A stretch of 64,000 bases of DNA from Paraphysomonas bandaiensis (GCA_965644295.1 CBFFRP010000291.1:165602-229601); one strand, 5' to 3'; shown: positions 24,489 through 39,450, numbered from the stretch's first letter. A program made the numbers and translations. Notes: generated by a model from the letters alone, not told the origin.

Positions 24489-24869
24489 TTGTTTCGTGGG
24501 AACTTGATAGCTGAGAGATCGACATCGGCAACTGCTTCTTTTTCTATGCCACCCTGAATTTGCATTGCTTGCAAAGCTGTTATACTGTTATATATTGTTA
24601 TAGACTCTATGTCTCTACATTTGTTTTCTTTAAGAAAAATTATATACTTCACTTAATTGTTATTGAATGAGTGCATTACACCGTATACAGTTACTTCGTC
24701 TCAAGTATACGTAGTGTTTGTAATACAGCTTACGATTGTGGCTAATATAGTCCTACTATGAATATTACAGACTTGCACTAATCTTTGATTATTATCCTAT
24801 AAATTGGAGTTTCGCCACAAACATGCTGTTTTTAACTACTTTTCAGTATAGAAACGTGATATTTTTTAT

Positions 24870-24999
24870 CTATTAATTGCAATTACTTGGCAACTAATTG
24901 AATCAAGCTGGAGTCAAATATAATTGCAGTTATGATTTGATGTCCCAATTTCAATTATTACAATTTCAATAGTTGACAATTAATTGGTACACAACCCTG
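24870..24999 (-). mobile_element. hAT-like non-autonomous element end (CAGGG terminus)
   Basis: Minus strand starts CAGGGTTGTGTACCAATTAATTGTCAA; related fragments lie at 21838 and 52238. Confidence 0.6.
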
Positions 25000-25345
25000 C
25001 ACATAACACACACACAAAACCGAAATGAAACTGCGGGAAAGATGATCTTATTTTGAGAAAAATTCACCCACATAAACTTTGTAAGGGGCTATCGTTTTCC
25101 ATCTCATAGCTAGTCTGGTATCTAATTCATACACAAACAGCCACAAGTGTTGTATTCTTGACGCGATAGAAATCACTATAAACATATAAGTAGTGCACTA
25201 ATTTGTGTGCAATGCATTGAAACAAGCGCTTCTATTCACCGCATATATTATTATACTCCAATCCTTACATAAAGCTGAATGACAGTTTCAAATAAGGTCT
25301 ACTGCATAGACGCAATGATAGATAGTCAACTTTACACGACAACAT

Positions 25346-28300
25346 CTAATACCCATATACAGCATTGAATTTTGGTGTTGCAGGTAGTGATCCTGGTATT
25401 CTTCTGCTCGACGAGGACGTATTTTCAGATAGAGGTGACATAGGAGGTACCTTTGTTGATACCACAGAACGGTGTATACCAGTTGAGACGTTACCACTGC
25501 TCGACTCAGCAGAGTTGGGGTCAACAAGTCGTCCTGTAGTCTATACAACGATTAGGCAATACAAGAGTGCTGTGTGACGTACCTTCAACTTGCTCAAGAG
25601 TCCACCACTCTTCCTGCTCTGAGGCAATTTGTTTTTCGAGGATAGTCGACCGTCGATTTGGTCAGATTCCGGGCTATCTCCACTGATAATATACACTCCA
25701 CTGCTGGAATCATGCAAACCGATGTTACTTCCATTATGACGATAGCCTTGGTGCTACGATAACTGCGTTATATATACGAATACGTCACGTGTAGAACATA
25801 TACCTTCTTCTTCATACGGCGAGAGCGCAATTGAAGAATGTCATTAGTATTAATTCGCATATAAGTCTGGAATATCAAGATTTCATGCGAATAAGATTCA
25901 ACCATGCTGATCATAACATCTTTGAACTCTGCAAATCGAGAGCCTATAATTTGCTCTTGCGTTATTCTTCTAACAATATCTTGAGATGGCACGTGAGAAG
26001 ACATCTGTCCCATAAACTCCTTCAGCGCAGATCCTACGACAGATGCCATGATATCACGGGATAGCTCTTCGACACCACTCGTACTAAGTCCTTCAATACT
26101 ATAACGCGCACTGGAATTCCCCATTAAATTATCTAAAAAAAGAAATTTACGAGATCAGAACTTCAGTGATATACACCCTACGTTTCTCTTTTAAAAGGTG
26201 GTCCAACACACTGAACCAGTGAGTTGTCACTGATTTGTTATCTAATCGCGAACATATCCCAGTCGCCAGCTTCACTGCCTACAAACAACAATGATCAAAT
26301 CGAATATTGCACATTGCGCACTAAACACCTTTGTGAATGAATTGTAACTGCTATATGCGGACTCTGATTGGTTCAAAAATTGCACAGTGTCACTTGAAGC
26401 TCCGATAGGTGCACTTGAAATACCCTTCCCCCCGCCGAGCCTCTTCATTGAACCACCTGTGAAGCCACTACCATATTCATTACATTGTGCCCGGACCATT
26501 TTTTCTACTTCACTATGTGTCTTAGCCAAGGATAAACTGATGTGTGATAAGCACATATCCAACGCCGCAACGGAATCGCCAGCCTTCTCTAGCAAATATA
26601 CCGTGGCATCAAATATCTCTTTGTTGCGGCATATTTGTAACGTTTCATCAAGAGGAAAATTGTTATGTGTGGATAAGAACTGAAACACGTCATGTGGTCT
26701 AAACGTAGACAACTGTGAAATATAAACGAATACTTGTTCAGTCGTTAGCACATCATCAGAGAGCAGCATGTTCTCAGCAACATCGGCAGCTGTGCTATTT
26801 GCTTCATGCGAAGTATCTTTCACGGATAGATCACTACCATCGCCACCTTTGGGGGTTCCTGTGGAGCCGTTTATAACGGCATCAAGCAGCTCGAACTGTA
26901 GTTTTTGATGCTTTTGAGTTTTTTCGATTATAGCAGAGATATGAGTTGGTGAAAGATAGAGAATCATTACATCTTTAGTTTTCTTCAAATCGATGCTCGC
27001 CAGATTCTCGATGAATGATACCAATACAGCACGACACTCTAAGTTGCGAGTTTCAGCAGAAGTGTCAGTTGGAGCTCCATCCGCTGCAGCAGTCATACCA
27101 GAAAAGAAATCGTGAATATAAGTGAACACTTTGCTACGAGTTTCATCATTCCTGTCAGATAAATAGCAGCCCAATGCATTCTTCAGTGTCGTGCTTGTCA
27201 ATCTGAGCTTCAAACCATACAACTTCAACGCAGGAAAGTAAAACCCGTTTCTTTCCAGTGACGCAGCCATAGATGCAGGGGATTGCGTCAACTTCCCTTG
27301 AGACGCAACCAATGCACACATTTTACTTTCTGCAACATCAGGAGGGCGTATATGAATTCGGCAGTGATTAACAATGTCGTTGATAAGTGCATCCGGTAAA
27401 GGGACATGTATTGACACCAACTGCTCTAAGGAATGCTCATAAAAGCAAACTTGGTATCCGTTATGAGCAGACATTTCTTCATCACAATATTTGGCGAAAT
27501 CAAGAATTGAACTGAAAATATCTCCAAGGGAAGCGAATCCAGATTCATTAGTTTGGGAGTGGTTTTTCTTAATTGCTGCAGCTGCACCATGCGAGTAAAG
27601 AGCCCGCGTAGACAAACTTAAGCAGTAGAAAAGGGCGTAGTAATCTATCTTGGATATGCCGTACAAATATGGGTAACGTTTCCTCCAAATGGACGACTGA
27701 GCCTCAGTAGGAGCATCACCAGGCATCGATGGAAAAGGAGCCAATGCAATAGGACTTAAGACACTATCGAGCAATGCTGCAAGACACGACGATGGAACAA
27801 CAACGCTGTCACCCCTAGGAAACATCCGACCTTCGGAAGTATACTGCAAGAACAGCAGCAATTTGTAGCCAACGTCCACTTGTTCTGGACTGGGAAAGCC
27901 AGTTGACTCTTGACCAACACCGCTCTTTGATTTTGTCTTCATCGCCATCATACGCTCAAATGTCCACTGAAATGCACCCCCAAAGTCCATTAATCCAAAC
28001 GCATACACATACAAGAAACTCGAATAGAGGTTGTATTTTTGAAGCAAATGTACAGTGGCGTTAATATCAATATCACATAGGTCAAAGTGTGCAATACACC
28101 TTTCCAGAAACGAAAACTTAGAAGCTTTAACTCCATAGTCTAGCAAATCAGAAAAAATCTTTGTGGGCAGATCTTTAATTTTTCGCCTACATCAACAAAA
28201 TGTAATACATATATGTAAATGTTGGAATCATCTTACTGTAGTATGAAAGGTTCCAATGACTCGATAAATATCGGTTGGAGATGAGATGCGGAAAATATAT

Positions 28301-30462
28301 GATAAATTTCTTCAAATAATACGTTAATGAGCTCCCCGCCAGCAATGATACAAAACTCGATGCACACTGCTGCTACAAGAAAATGATGACTTGCTACAAC
28401 TCCTCCGCTGCTTCGGCGTCCTGCACCTTGCTGAGAAGTGACCCCTTGCTGGCGGATCACTGCAAGTTCCACATACCGCCGAATGTACACTTCCATATCC
28501 GCAGCGGTCACGTCATCGCCTGTATGTCCTCCATCACCACTGTGGCTCTTTTTACCGGAAACTTCATAGCGATTTAAAGCAAGAGATAGTGCATCTAGCC
28601 ACTGCCCATCAGTAATGAGCTGATCCACTTGCTCGCGCCATGATTGTAAGTAAAACATAAACATTTTTTCTGGAGAAAGCATATACATCCTTTGTTTGAA
28701 TACTGAGACACTCAGGCCTAGAATATCGTCGAGTCCTTTGTTCTGCAAGCAAGAGTCCACAAGGGCAGAAATAGGCTCACTAAGACGAGACTTTTCCAAA
28801 ACAAAGTCTGGAAGGCGAAGAAGGCATATGTCAGATTTCGTAAGAACGATGACGTTATTAACCCCTAGCCAACGCACGGAAACAACCACGTCGTCAAGGA
28901 TCACTTCACCCAGTGTAAAGAAGTCATGTGGAGCCTCAGAGTTAATAATTTCGGCCTTTTGTTCCGACACACTTATCGGTGGAACGCAGCAGGCATATAT
29001 CTCAACTGTCTTTCCCCATCCCCTTGCCAGCAAAGGAAACATACCAGGAGCGCTACGTCCTGGTCTCGCTGACCCTGAACGAGCTTTTAATTGTGGAAAA
29101 TCCGACGCTGCGCCCCATGACCAGTCCAAGGTGACTACAAACCCCGGACGCACGACCTGAGTGTTGGGGTCAACAACTTCCGCAGGTGCCGCCCAACGAT
29201 TGAGAATCGTAACTTCAGGGTACACACGAATTACATAACTGCGGGTGCGTGCATTGAGTGCAATAATTTGTTCACTGCCTGGAAGAGGTGACGGTAATTG
29301 TTCAAATCCACTTTGAAGAGAACCTGCTCTATTCTGTGAACATAAATTGAGAGAACGGCCACATATTATCATCAATTATTACCTTTAAAAGCTCAGGATA
29401 GCACACATAAGGCTGCAGCGCTCGCATATCGAGAACACAGCCTGCGCTCCCATCTAATAGACATTCGACCTCAGATGTTACAGAGAGAAATAAAACCCTA
29501 GACAGCTTTGTTTTGTTAACCACTCCTTTGGAATCGACAGATATGATGCTGTAATCTCCACTAACTCCAGTACAATTACTTGCAACCTCTCCAACACCAT
29601 AGACGACACAAATCTTGACGATGCGGCATGTATGTAGGTCTGAGATACGCTTTATGATACTGCTCTTCGCTATCTCCCAGATAATGATTTCACCGTTGTC
29701 GTGGCCACACACAATGAGATCCGCAGCAGCGGTAATATCAACAGCAGTAACTGACTTCGTATTCCTTCCACTTGCTGGAGTAGACGACCCGATAACTTGA
29801 CGCATTTCCTGTGAGTGATCAAACAATAGAACAAGTCCTCTGGTGGTACCAACTGCTATAAACTTATTTGTGACGTGTAGTACAGTAGCAGTCCCAGGTC
29901 CATGCTGTTTGAATTGTGCATTTCTACTCAACTGACTAGATATTGTTTCCAAACATAGGCACTTCAGATGAGAGAGCTGGTCCCAATCGCCTTCTTGTTT
30001 CGAGGTCATCTTTGCTTGGAGTGCAGACGTCGCATGCTTTTCATTTGTACACATTTGCCGCTGTTCTCTTCGGTCAGCAAGCTCCAAAGTACTAAGCAAT
30101 GTAACAATTTTATTAGCACCATAATCATTTGATTCCTCCCATTCTGGCTCATTTCTATGAGCTACAGTGGCATCTAGCAGGAACTGATCTTTTGGCTGTG
30201 ATGGTAGCGGTGAGCTGTATGCAGATTTATTATCTAACACTTGAAGCAACTGATCAATTTCATTCTTCTCTTTTCCATCTTCCGCAAGAATTAAATCTAC
30301 TGGATCATTAATAGGAACTTTTGTAGGAGTAGTAAGAGAAGTGGGCTCATCATCTGAATCATTATCGTCTAATAGCTGCTCTAAATCCACACACATAACA
30401 TCCACATCATCATCACTGTCATTGGCATTTAAAATATCATCCAATGAAGGTAATTCACTCAT
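25346..30462 (-). CDS. VPS8: CORVET complex subunit Vps8 (multi-exon)
   Basis: GPGTATVLHV...FIAVGTTRGLVLLFD beta-propeller, WLDALSLA, VCIEFCI, FIESLEPFIL, LERCIAHFD...DIN, GYKLLLFL and clathrin-repeat-like DATVYLLEKAGD. Confidence 0.9.
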
Positions 30463-30584
30463 TTTTTATATTTGAGTTTGTATGGTGAGAGATAAGTGGA
30501 GATATTGGACCATTCCTTGATTAATAAGATAACACACACATATATATGAGAATAATGCTGCAATATAAGCATACTATAGATATG

Positions 30585-31209
30585 ATACATACATACATAC
30601 ATACATACATACATACATACATACATACATACATACATACATACATACATACATACATACATACATACATACATACATACATACATACATACATACATAC
30701 ATACATACATAAATACATACATACATACATACATACATACATACATACATACATACATACATACATACATACATACATACATACATACATACATACATAC
30801 ACACATACATACATACATACATACATACATACATACATACATACATACATACATACATACATACATACATACATACATACATACATACATACATACATAC
30901 ATACATACGTACATACATACATACATACATACATACATACATACATACATACATACATACATACATACATACATACATACATACATACATACATACATAC
31001 ATACATACATACATACATACATGCATACATACATACATACATACATACATACATACATACATACATACATACATACATACATACATACATACATACATAC
31101 ATACGTACATACATACATACATACATACATACATACACACATACATACATACATACATACATACATACATACATACATACATACATACATACATACATAC
31201 ATACATACA

Positions 31210-31238
<29 letters not shown>
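30585..31238. repeat. (TACA)n microsatellite, ~650 bp, nearly perfect
   Basis: Direct reading. Confidence 0.99.
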
Positions 31239-31241
<3 letters not shown>

Positions 31242-31369
31242 CCTGGATTGTTTCATATATGTGCCGTCGTATCATCACATTGCATCTATCCTGAACCTAT
31301 CCATAGGGAGAGTGATTTAAACCCTCATATCTTCTTATTCAACATAATTCGCCTCTTCCATATTTCATA

Positions 31370-32385
31370 ATGAGTATTAAGTTTGCATCAAGGTACGTAT
31401 AGTCATATATATACATGTATATCTATGCATACTAACAGTACACGCTATATATTCAGATTTCTTCAAGCTGCTGAAATTCTTAATGAAATACCCGGAGAGA
31501 AGTTCCCTTTACTATTGAATCGTATATTTCAGAAGCTTCACTTAAAGGTGATGATAATCAGCTGATATATTTGTATATACCTGACTGACTTGTGGCTCTA
31601 TAGAACGAAAAACTATTCTCTGACGCCGAAGAGGCTCAGCTAATGAATCTCTTTTCACTGACTGCGGAGAATTTAACGCTTGTATTAAACAGCTGCTGCT
31701 ACATATTTGAGCAGGTATTAACTATAGGGTTATCTGCTGTCGCCTTGCTACGTGGCGATTATTCTACGTACAGAGTGAAATATGTATTAGATTTTTATTT
31801 TAGAACTCTTTCTGTTATTATGTTGTGATCAGATTACATTCGATTAATAGTGCTGCTGCTTCGTTACTAGATTGATTATTTTTTATGGCCATACAGGCTG
31901 CATTTCAGGGGGTAGGACCAGAGCCTCTGTACGAACAACTCTTGGAGGCAGGCATCGATGAGGTTCACGGAAAGGTAGTCTCACTATCATGTACAAATGC
32001 ACTTTTAGTTATCCGCCTTATATCATCCAGGCGATTGGGCGTGTGTGGGCATCTGAACGTGCCGAATTCGTTGGAAAACTCAAGCAACGCTCTTTAGGAG
32101 CCAGCGCCCTCGTTGGGACAGACCATCATCTGAATTTGATGATCGGAGAAAGCAACCTCACTAAGCTACAGGAGCCTACTGCACTTTTTGAGTTCACTCT
32201 CACGACGCCTGGTGGCAAACAGGTCAGTGCGTATTATTTCATACAACTGTACGCATAACATATGATATTTGTGATTGTCTTAGGAAAACGAGAAAACAGC
32301 AGTGGAATTTTCTCATTCAGAATTATTTTCGTTTTTTCAAGACTTGGAGAGGGTGCAACAACAACTTGATTCACTTAGCGCATAG
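31370..32385 (+). CDS. COMMD10: COMM domain-containing protein 10 (multi-exon)
   Basis: KFPLLLNRIFQKLHLK...FSDAEEAQL...LVLNSCCYIFEQA, and a C-terminal EFSHSELFSFFQDLERVQQQLDSL. Confidence 0.9.
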
Positions 32386-33155
32386 TTGTTGACTTCAATG
32401 CTTGTGCCTATCTTGTAGCTGTTATTATTAGTCTAGACTCGTGGGTAGTATCCGACTCGTATATAAGAAACTTAATGTTTATGGTCTTTCATTATAGCAT
32501 TGTTGATTCATCATTACTATAATCAGTTTTATGACATGTAGCGTATAACCAATGCCAACATCGAGAACGTAGTATGTAAGAGCAATGGTAGACTGTCAAA
32601 TTGTATGTAATTATGTAACATTTAATGAAGGTTGTACTGGTGCATGTCGTATCGTGTAACACAAATAATGATGAGTAATTAGTAACTGCATATCGAGATA
32701 AATTATTAGTGGCGTCAACTGCAATTTTGTTGACGTATCAGATCGTTATTGTTTTTTTTTGGTGATACCTATACCTACTACATTGTACGCACGTAAATAC
32801 ATCATTCTCATTCTAGAAGTCTTAAGTAATTAAACAATTATGTCTACATGAAAATCGTCAATTTCTTATTCTGAACACGACTACAGAACGCGTTTACTTC
32901 GAGCTCTTATTTACACTTTGATATGCTACAAAAGAACACTACTTTCAGAAGGCAGCAAACTGAAGTATATTGAATCATTTCAGTGGTTGAAAATACATGT
33001 GCTTAAAGCATCCTGCGATAATCACTGATCTGAAGAAGGAAGCCTCGCTTCCAACGACTCTATCCACAATTACGCTGCAGTGTGGACGACCCAAGAGGTA
33101 TATTCTTCAAATGATAGGGGTGCCACACTGCATACGACGACCTCATCCGAATCAA

Positions 33156-34523
33156 CTACCGACCACGACGAATTCGGCTCCTCAATCTCTTGACGTGTTT
33201 ATAAAAACTAACGCTATTAAAATTCTGATCACTCAATGATCCGTCTAAATAGTACGTACGAAACAAGAGTGGCCGAAAGCCTGCTGCAGGTGCATTCTCA
33301 GATTTCAACATAGCTGTATTTTCACGCCCCCGGTGAATGACACGATAATCCCATAGCACCATGTCTCCCGCCCTCAATAGAGGGGACACAGAAGTCGAAC
33401 AGGTGTCGAAGAACTTAGTATACTGTGAGAAAATAAAAGAGTAATTGCGATTTGTTCCTGGAAGAAATTCAGTGGGTCCCATGTCATGCGATACATCGGC
33501 TCCTGCGATATACGCACTGATATGCGATAAGTCTGGGTCAATCATATCCCTATGCCAGTGCTGTCGTATGGCCCCCGATACACTCACGACAAGGCCATTA
33601 AACACATTCGAGAATGTAGGGTTTCGGTAGTCAACACAGTCCGTGTCTCCATGAAAGAGACATACATTGTCATATGTGAATGACGGAGAGACGAATTCCA
33701 ACTCCGCCGTACGCAACAGGGATGGGTAAATGATACTTGATTCAGCCAATTCCCACATGCGGGATACGGTATGCGCCCAGTTTTCAGACAGTAGCATTTC
33801 CCATCGTCCTATAACAAATGTAAAAATGACATACAGTTTCATATTCAAGTAACGTATGATGGAATGAGCATGTTCTATACATAAGTTCATATACCTTTGC
33901 CACGCATGGACACCTCGTTATATTTGAACCCATTCGATGTGGGATCCAGTCCAACTTCCGCAGACAACTGCATGACCTCTTCATACATACTCTTAGCCAC
34001 TTCGTGTGCCTCGCTCGCATATCTATGAGCGCAAAAAGTGATTACCATTGCAAGGACACCATTGTTGCAGATAAGCTTACCCACTAAACGGAGGCGTGTC
34101 ATCAAGTTCATTAGACGCTGACACAACAGCAAATCCGTTATAATGAAGAGATCGTGCAATTCCAGCAATATCAGTGCTCTTTAACATGAAGTTTCGTGCA
34201 GGCTCTGGACAAGTAAATCCACTAGTGTGTATTCTGTTAGCACTCACCCCCCTCTCAGTGTGGTTGCCAAAAGGATCCTGATGTATTACACCATTAAATC
34301 ACCAGTAAATTTACCTGTATAATGTGTATGTAAGTACCTGTACATCTATATCGTATGTATGATTGTCATACGCTCTAATGATGTTTCCCCCATATAAATA
34401 CGGCATCTCGTCAATATCCTTATAATACACGTATCTACCCACATCATACGCATTATTACCACACACATATCCAATAGGACAGATTAATAATACAGTGTGA
34501 ACTATAAGGATGATATAATTCAT
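33156..34523 (-). CDS. Signal-peptide-bearing PhyH-family Fe(II)/2-oxoglutarate dioxygenase (multi-exon)
   Basis: QHWHRD (HxD), GPTEFLPGT, LRAGDMVLWDYRVIHRGREN; hydrophobic N-terminus. Confidence 0.8.
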
Positions 34524-34938
34524 ATGAAATCCTTGTATTGTAGTGTATGTTATCTCTGATCCCTGGCTGTGTAATTACCTCCATTATAATTCCAGTATGA
34601 ACCTCTACACAACACCACTTTATACACTTATCCTCTAGATATCACTACTTTTCAGCCCTGAAAATATAGATATTCTAATATTTTCAAATTCCGGTCTGAT
34701 TTTCATGGATTTTTATTATGACTCTACAATGTACGAAGAATCTAGCCGTACAGTATAGCTGTACCCGCGTACATCAGTACACATACAGCTACAGTATATA
34801 TGGATATGTACGTACATCTACACAGCATCATGTCCTCTAGATGGCCCATACTGTATAGCTATATAACATCACGCACATCAATCGAGTGTCCACCATGTGA
34901 CAATACACAAAATATATCTCACAGATATAATCCCAACA

Positions 34939-36373
34939 ATGCCACGTGTAGAAGACTTATGCAATGATGTCTATTACTGCACAGATGATGATACTATACG
35001 TATCATTAAGCGTTACTTATATAATATAGCCTGTGAGCCTCATACACACACATACCGTACGATTAAACTCAATAACAAGAAGTTTAAACATATATGGAAC
35101 TATCAAGAGTGTCGTGTTTTATTTTATGGTTAGTTGATATGTTATTTATATATACATACTTATGAGTTGTGTATAACTATATATAAACTGTTGTAGAAAT
35201 TGGTTTCATTGTTTGTAACGATGTGTTGAATCTATCAATGGATGCCTCACTAGACGCACTGAATTATAGTGTTGAGTTTTTTCGACGTATCGGTCAGTTT
35301 TTATCTTAACCATTAGATTTTTTATGATAGTTTCTACAGAGAAAGAAGAGCAGCGTGTCGAGAGTTTAAATCTAATGCATGCGGTTAGACCTTCATCGTC
35401 ATTTCCGTGTAGGATTTTAATGGTTAATTACAAGTAGAATTCAGCTCCGGATGGTGTATCGTCAATTCCTGTTCCCTGTAGCATTAGGCAAACCGATCTT
35501 CACTTAGCAGCGGCTCGTGGAGATGCATTAACTGTGCGTACCCTTCTCCAGGCCCATTCAGGTGACATGAAACTTCAACATGTAGAGATATTTCGAGGAT
35601 ATTTTTGGGTAAACATGTATGGCGTGGGTATCTATTGGTATTTCTTATGTTTTTGAATTAACTACGGCCTGATAAATTGTGTTTATACCTGTATTATTTC
35701 TTCATATATAGACTGGGTTCATGTCAGAGACGAAAATGGCTGGCAACCCCTCCATGAAGCAGCGAGGGCTGGTGCTGTTGAGGTTGTGCAGTTGCTAATG
35801 GAAGCAGGTAGCAATCCGTAAAATGTTTTCTTATTTTGCAGTCAACTTACCTTTTTTATATCCAATGATGAAATGTAGGAGCTGATGTCACTGCAACTAC
35901 CAGTAATGGTGCCAGTGCATTGTGGTGGGCTGAGGAGTACTTCCCGTTGACCCATCCGTGTGTATCTAAACTTCGTGAGCTGCAGCACAAAAAGTGCAGT
36001 GAAACGTTAGTAACGGTGAACAACCCACCGCACTCTCGAAGTCCGGGACTGCCATCGAATAATTGCATGGTACGATACTATATTGCTGTTGTAGTGACAT
36101 ACATAAATATCACTTTCTGTTTTGCAGATATGCTTCAAAATTATTCGAGATTTTGGCTCAGGACGCCGTGCGGGTCGGTTCCTATCCCGATCGCCGCATC
36201 CTGATGCTGCCATTGAATGTGTCACATGCAAGTATCAGAAACAAGAAACCATAAAAGACAACGATAATCAAAATGCTGCGGATTATGTAGTGTGTGGAGA
36301 ATGCTATGATTTCGGAAAACATATGGGACATGCATCTGATCATAGGTTTGATGTGGTAGGAGCACGTTGGTGA
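34939..36373 (+). CDS. PUB-domain plus ankyrin-repeat plus C-terminal Cys/His (ZZ-like) zinc-finger protein (multi-exon)
   Basis: YLYNIACEP...YRTIKLNNKKF...IGF (PUB); DENGWQPLHEAARAG (ankyrin); CxxC...CxxC...H...H tail. Confidence 0.75.
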
Positions 36374-36566
36374 CGAATTCACGACGGCAGTGGTGTTAAG
36401 TGCTGTAATGGTGTAATGATAGGTATAATCCTATACTCTTGTAAATACATGTCTGATGTTTATACTATGTGAATAATAATTTTCTTTTTATTGGCATTAC
36501 TATTTTTCAGCTACGTACAACACAGCAGCAGATACATACAAAAAGGGGGCAAAGCAACACCACTAG

Positions 36567-39450
36567 CTACGTATATGACACGTGTTTGTCTAATTCTGTC
36601 GAATTAACAATACTCTTCAGTCTGTTGATATCTTCAAGGTATCGACATAACTGTAATAAACATACGTCACTTCAACAAAGGTAGAAATAAGAATAGTACC
36701 TCGTTTTTCAAGTGAATAACTTCGGACTGAGATTGATAACATGTGGGACAGGGGTTGTTTCCTGGTATTATAGATCGAGGAGTGTTAGTAGATTTGTCTA
36801 TATATTCGACGACACTGATATCAGTCAGTGTGCAAGTATCTATTTTAGATACTACTGGCGCAGGTGGCATTTTGCTTTGAATAGGCGGGGGAGGGGGAAC
36901 ACGAGACAATGGTACAATGTCGCGAGATACAGTGACCGTCAGAACGGGAGATCGAGGAGACGAACGACTCAGATCAGACTGTGGGGCAATAATCTGTAGG
37001 ATGATGACATTAACTTTTGTAGAATGCACGAAAGGTATACACGTATACACACCTGTTTTTTATTATCTTCCAGCGAAGAATCAATCAACTCGTGCTTGGG
37101 GGTGTCCACATCAGCACTGAAGTCATATCCTTGCATTTCCTTCTCGAGATTTCCAACTAATTCCATCACATCATCACGGCCGCCTGTATACTTCTGTCGA
37201 CTTTGCTTTACGTTATCTTCGTGCTGCACCGTTTGGGTTGCTGGCCTGACGTCGATTTCGCTTAAACTAAGTAAATCCTGGACACTGTAGACAGTCTTTT
37301 TTCTCTCATCGTCCAGTGTGTATATATTTCGAAGGAAATCGTCGTCGTCATGACCACCCACATCACACTCATACGGCTCAATAAAATCTAACGCAGATGA
37401 GTTTTCGGTATCCTTTTTGTTCTCAACTTCTTTCTCATGCCGCATCAAGTTTTCGGTACAATATTCGTCACCATTACCCTTTTCACCCCCGTAGGTATTA
37501 TGAGTAGGAGCATGAAAGCCCGGTTTGGGTTCAGCATGATGTTGGGGAACAAGTGAGCGGGAGAACTCCTGCTCCAGCCCACCATTACTCCTGAGCTGCG
37601 AGTGGGGGGCCCACGTCTCACTCAAGCGCTTCTGGACAATGGAAGGGTGTAATTGAAGGCGCTTTCTCGAGGATGACGATGAAATTGTATCTGGCGTGCT
37701 ACATCTACTCCTAATTGGCATATCACTGACGCCCTCCATTTCTTCCGCAGTGACATTGTAGCTATAGTCCACACGCTCCGTAGTGCTGTGCATCAAACGC
37801 GATGATGGAGGTGCACTTCTACTACGCTGTTTTCCGTGCGAATTGGGAGTTCTCAGGAGATTCCGTCGATACAATTCCCTGCCCCTATCACCGCCAGGTT
37901 CTTCCGCTTGTAAATCTCCTTGGGACAGAGCTGAATCATATTGTACAGCTTCTGGCGAAGGTCGTTCCTTCAGTATGTCGGGCTTCGACTCCGGATTCGG
38001 GGAGGGAACCGAAGGATCATTCTTGTGCACCGGCCACGTCCAGTCCTGCATTGCGGTAGACATATCTGCAAATATATCTCTCTCGCGCTTCACGGGCACC
38101 ACCACTTTTTTCACACAAGCTGCCCTAAAACACTGATGTTAATGCAAATCCCATATATATATATCAAGAACTTTGTATACATGCTTTCATGGATAAACTG
38201 TAAGTCTCCTACCTCGAAGCAAACACCAAAGTAGAAAGTGTTTCTTCATAGCTATGCAGACAAGGCCCTACAGTGGATATGAAGCATGTACGAGAGTTCC
38301 CACTCAAAGCATCGGCAAGCAATCGGGTAAGCTTAGAGTCTCGAAAAGGAATATGAGGGTGAGTCGATCCTCTAGAAGCTCGTTTCTTGGCTTTCCCACT
38401 TGTCCCTCCTGAAACTACACCGTTGGCGGCCAGGGCTTGCACACAATTCCCCAAAGCACTAATCGACTTGTTTATCGCTTTGGCTTCTTTTAGTCGTGCT
38501 CCTACTGACCCTGTTTTACGAACCCTTTCAGAACCTGCCAAGTCTCCAAAAGTGAACACATTGCGTGCAATTTTCCGCCGCTGGGAAACATTGGGCAAAT
38601 GGGTCCCGCTTGTTCCATCCACTTGCGACGAGTCTTCATCCATACAAGATGATGCATCATCCGAAACATTCTCCGGCTCATGTTCCATGGTTACTTGCAA
38701 CACAGCATGACTTCGGCTGCTAGCCATATTCATAGTCAGCTCATGAGTAACTCGATTAGCTACAGATGAGTTTATTAGGTCATACACAGCCGCTTCGTCT
38801 TCCACAGGGAAAGAAGATAGACCTTCCAGATAAACCCCTTTAACAGGGTCCTCTCGAACCAAAAGAGAACGCTTAGGAGTATGCTTTGTCGGTTCTAGAA
38901 GTAAATCTGTAACGGATTCTAGGTATATTTCGTAAAATGAAACATAAATCTTTCCATGTCGACCATCTTCGCGGCACTGGTTGATATAGGCAAATATGTT
39001 CCGTAACGAGTAATGCAAAATTCCTAAAGATCGTTCAGTGGGGTTGTTCCATCCATCAATTGTACCAAACATAGTGTAAGTCTTTCCTGTTTAATAGATG
39101 AATGATGAAATGAAACGCGAAGGTATATCGACAGTACCTGTTCCGGTCTGCCCATAACACAAAATACATGCATTAAAGCCTTTCGTAAAATCTTTGATTA
39201 TTTCATCACATGCATATTTATAGACAACTGCTTGACTTGCAGCCGTTCCAAAAACGTGATCGAAACGAAACTGTCTCGAATGAAACGCATCTCGAACTAA
39301 ATGAATAGTCTGACCATCCGGCTTAAGATTCACACAAACTTCAGGACCTGATGTTCTTGCAACACGTGCTTGTTTGTGATCTGTTTCATTGACAGGACGA
39401 ATTCTAATAACTACTTTAATAGCCGAAATATCAGATTTATTGCCTTCCAT
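36567..39450 (-). CDS. Kinesin motor protein A (N-terminal motor, multi-exon)
   Basis: IKVVIRIRP, FRFDHVF, YGQTGTG|KTYTM, SSRSHA, DLAGSER, HIPFRDSKLTRLL. Confidence 0.93.

Noticed and set aside
30585-31238. Interstitial telomere
   Set aside because: The unit is TACA/TGTA with no G-run, unlike telomeric repeats.
30459-31370. MYVC/HTYI repeat ORFs (also near 11455-11858 and 47453-47703)
   Set aside because: Translations of (TACA)n microsatellites, which lack stop codons.
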